From Candidatus Bathyarchaeota archaeon (GTDB lineage: Archaea; Thermoproteota; Bathyarchaeia; Bathyarchaeales; Bathycorpusculaceae), in contig OY970176.1 in the NCBI GenBank assembly GCA_963707955.1, positions 192,001 to 256,000 on the forward strand: a stretch of 64,000 nt of DNA. Direction: 5' to 3'. Both the position numbers and the translations under genes were made by a program. Below, piece after piece: positions 61,369-64,000 of the stretch. The stretch's first letter is position 1. The number at the start of each line of letters is the position of its first letter. A model generated the notes under the pieces. That model saw nothing but the letters and a program-made list of their open reading frames with translations, had not been told where the DNA came from and searched no databases.

Positions 61369-61728
61369 TAAATACGTTAGTGAACGAAACTAAAAAGCTT
61401 AGCGCACGCGCCAAAAAAGGTTCCGATCCTGACTGGGTTCCGAAACGGGCCGAAAGAGGAGAGATTAACAAAACACTTCGCTCGTGACAGCTATTTAGCT
61501 CTGAGCACCGCCCTATATACAATATTGAACGGTCTATACACTATTTGGAGAATCATAATAAGATGTCTGCAGAATGTATTGGAGGAGAAGGAGAATGAGA
61601 AAAGGACGAGGACAAAGCCACTTCTTAAAATTTTCAACCCCTCTCTTCGTCTATCTCTTCTTAGGCTTTGTCCTCGCCAAACGCTTCATGCTCGAAGGGG
61701 CTATACCTTATTGGGTTTGGTATGAGGG

Positions 61729-62280
61729 TTAAAGTTCCATCCCTCGAACCCAAACGTTTGATTTAAGCCAGGTTTCTGCTTCTTCGAATTCTGGCTGGTA
61801 CTTCACTAGACCACTTACAGAATTTAAAGCGCCTTCTTTTAGTTCCAGAACCATGAAGTTTTCGTCAGCATTGTACTCGTTGCTGAGTCCGTAAAGTCTT
61901 GCAGGTTTGAAACCAAAACGCGCGTAATAACGTACGTCACCTAATACGACTACGATCTCAAATCTCTTTTTTCGACATTCTTCAAGACCTTTAGTAACAA
62001 GAGTGGAACCTATACCTCGTCTTTGATATTCGGGTAAAACCGCTAAAGGCGCTAGGCCTAAGCCCCGCATGTTTTTGGGATTTGACTCAATTGTTATCGG
62101 TGAGAATAATATGTGACCGACAACTCTGTTATCAAATTTGGCAACCAAGGATATGGTTGCTTTATTTGCTTCACGCAACAAATCGACAAGGCGTGCTTCC
62201 ATAGGACCTTTGAATGCTCTTTCATTCACTTTTCTGACAGCTGAAATATCACTTTGCCTCTCTCTACTAATGAACAACAT
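61729..62280 (-). CDS. GNAT N-acetyltransferase (YhbS-like)
   Basis: VVGHILFS, LAPLAVLPEYQRRGIGS.L, VLG...YY.RFGF. Confidence 0.92.
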   Translation of the reverse strand: MLFISRERQSDISAVRKVNERAFKGPMEARLVDLLREANKATISLVAKFDNRVVGHILFSPITIESNPKNMRGLGLAPLAVLPEYQRRGIGSTLVTKGLEECRKKRFEIVVVLGDVRYYARFGFKPARLYGLSNEYNADENFMVLELKEGALNSVSGLVKYQPEFEEAETWLKSNVWVRGMEL

Positions 62281-62325
62281 TGAATATCACCTATTCTCTA
62301 TTTGGCGCGCAACCAAAAGCTAGGG

Positions 62326-63357
62326 TCACTTTGATTCTGCATTCTTGACCGCGATCACAGTTCTTCTCAACAGCAACTGGGCTGCTTCCTGCGTTGGCCA
62401 ACCGCCCAACCCGCAATCTGGGCCTGTGAAGCTCATGCGGTCCCCGTATTTCTCTCTCGCGGCCCTGAACCTCTTGCGTATGGTTGCTTCCTCTTCAGCT
62501 ATTTCTTCAACGCGTGGCTTCGTAATGCCTCTTTCATAAAGCTCCGCCATGATCGAGTCTATGTCTGTTCTGGACACGCCGACTCGCACCTGCTTGTCTG
62601 CCTGCTCAAGCATTCCTTTTGATAACCCTTCAATGTTCTTCGGGGACGCTGCATACTCGAACGACAGCACATCGACGTTCTTAACCTCGAGCACGTCAGT
62701 TATCCGTGAAGGAGAGTGAAGGTGTATCTGTCTCACAGCGCCGCTGAAGTCGAAGGCCTTCTCAAGAACCTCAATGATTGTTTCTCTTTCAGCGGAGATT
62801 TCCCTGAAACCGAAACTCGGCTCGTCTAAGGAAACCACGGCAGTTTTGATGTACTGTGAATTCAAAATCGAGTTTTTCGCGAAGCGCCTAACGTTTTCCG
62901 CGAACATCATAAGAACGTCCCTGTAGGCCACAGTTCCGACTTCCCTGAGATAGAGGTCCATCGGCCCCAGAATGCAGACACGGAGCTGCACCTTCCTTCC
63001 AAATTCCTCACACAACCTCTTAGCCTCCTCTTTGATCACGCACACTTCAGGCAGAAATGCTTGGTTTTCATCAATTAGATACGTCCCCTTGTCCATCACT
63101 TCCTTCAGCACATCTGCAAGCTGCTTGTGCATATCGTAATGCTGCGGATAGTTAACGATGTCAAGGCCGGTTTCGACCTTCTTCTTGAAGGAATCAACAA
63201 TCACTTGCCAGAAATTTTTCAACAAGAATTCGTCGCTCGTCAGCCCTTTTCCGCTTGAGATCGCCTTTCTAGCAAGAGCGTACGCCCTATCAAACGATTC
63301 CCGGTCTGTCTGAGACGGCAGTGGAAAACTTCCGACGTCATCAACCAACGTGCTCAT
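62326..63357 (-). CDS. Single-barrel cobalamin-independent methionine synthase family protein (MetE core-like)
   Basis: VGSFP, G.D...YPQ, GP..L, DEP, IHLH, PDCGL. Confidence 0.75.
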   Translation of the reverse strand: MSTLVDDVGSFPLPSQTDRESFDRAYALARKAISSGKGLTSDEFLLKNFWQVIVDSFKKKVETGLDIVNYPQHYDMHKQLADVLKEVMDKGTYLIDENQAFLPEVCVIKEEAKRLCEEFGRKVQLRVCILGPMDLYLREVGTVAYRDVLMMFAENVRRFAKNSILNSQYIKTAVVSLDEPSFGFREISAERETIIEVLEKAFDFSGAVRQIHLHSPSRITDVLEVKNVDVLSFEYAASPKNIEGLSKGMLEQADKQVRVGVSRTDIDSIMAELYERGITKPRVEEIAEEEATIRKRFRAAREKYGDRMSFTGPDCGLGGWPTQEAAQLLLRRTVIAVKNAESK

Positions 63358-63427
63358 AAAAACAAGCATGGTCAAAACAGAATTTAAAGCTGCCCTCAGT
63401 CTGTACATGCTTGAAGACTAACCCGCA

Positions 63428-63600
63428 ACGCCCTGTCCCTTTATTATGCGTGCACACTTGAACAGCACGTAGCTCCGCATCCAACATGAGCGGCCTCAGC
63501 GTCTTCAACGATGCTCGTCGACTGTATATGCAAATTGTATATGCAAATTGTATATGCTTTTGAAAACGCGCTGTCAGCGAATTTAGGGACAGGCCAGCGC
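63428..63600. repeat. Dispersed structured repeat family B, copy 2 (inverted relative to copy 1)
   Basis: Reverse complement aligns to 29961-30147. Terminal stem CCTGTCCCT/AGGGACAGG and a 13-bp tandem GTATATGCAAATT x2.6 at 63524-63557. Confidence 0.75.
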
Positions 63601-63711
63601 ACCGAAAGAACTACACTAGAACTGCCTTTTGGCCAAAGTTGCAACGGTTAACGAGCGGAACCGTTAAAGATTAAGAGCCAAGAATATCTAAGCTCGTTAG
63701 GTGTGATGCCC

Positions 63712-64000
63712 ATGCAGACTGAAAACCTGTACAAGGAAATTGAAAAACTGCAAAGTCAGATGGTACAGGCCTTAATGGAGCTCATTCGTGTTCCAGCTAT
63801 AGCTCCGGAAAACGGCGGAGAAGGAGAATCAAAGAAAGCAGAAAAACTCGTTGAAATCTTGAAGGCTGCAGGCCTCGACAAAATCGAACGTTGCGACGCG
63901 GAAGACGAAAGAGTTCCGTCCAAGAAGAGGCCCAACATCATCGCACGATGCGCGGGGGAAACAAAGAAGGAAACGCTTTGGATAATCACGCACCTCGACA
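63712..64000 (+). CDS. M20 family metallohydrolase (ArgE/DapE-like), runs off the window edge
   Basis: Manual translation MQTENLYKEIE...LIRVPAIAPENGGEGE.KKA...RPNIIA...LWIITHLD. Confidence 0.85.
   Translation, partial: MQTENLYKEIEKLQSQMVQALMELIRVPAIAPENGGEGESKKAEKLVEILKAAGLDKIERCDAEDERVPSKKRPNIIARCAGETKKETLWIITHLD

Noticed and set aside
61419-61465. Possible small RNA with GAAA tetraloops (CCGAAACGG, GCCGAAAG)
   Set aside because: The stems are only 2-3 bp and there is no second copy or recognisable family.

Overview
Archaeal chromosomal window, most consistent with Bathyarchaeia or another TACK lineage. The lineage call is inference from archaeal EF-1alpha, uS7, uS12, short XPF, Dph5, RibL, form III RuBisCO, DUF4443 and a dockerin-bearing giant protein. 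Core and metabolic genes cover peptide and amino-acid fermentation (M42 aminopeptidase, a tyrosine phenol-lyase-type lyase, IorAB, acyl-CoA dehydrogenase, a CoA-transferase pair, hydroxyacyl-CoA dehydrogenase, crotonase), LipS1/LipS2 lipoyl synthases, probable cobalamin uptake, RuBisCO III with R15P isomerase, translation genes and tRNA-Lys(CTT). Two accessory regions stand out. The first (about 14-25.8 kb) has a cas1 remnant, a tRNA-Leu 3' remnant, duplicated GNATs, a repeated ~25-bp inter-gene motif, and a STAND-TPR protein and a giant TPR protein that share an 11-residue motif. The second (about 30.4-37.4 kb) has a 1594-aa secreted Ig-like/dockerin protein with a hydrophobic tip, a closely coupled membrane protein and an orphan copy of the pre-tip region, an arrangement resembling a polymorphic toxin/immunity locus. 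Two families of structured ~180-bp dispersed repeats and many intergenic (GC)n runs are also visible. At least eight genes carry single-base frameshifts that look like sequencing errors. No CRISPR array was seen. All family assignments come from motif recognition by eye, not database searches.
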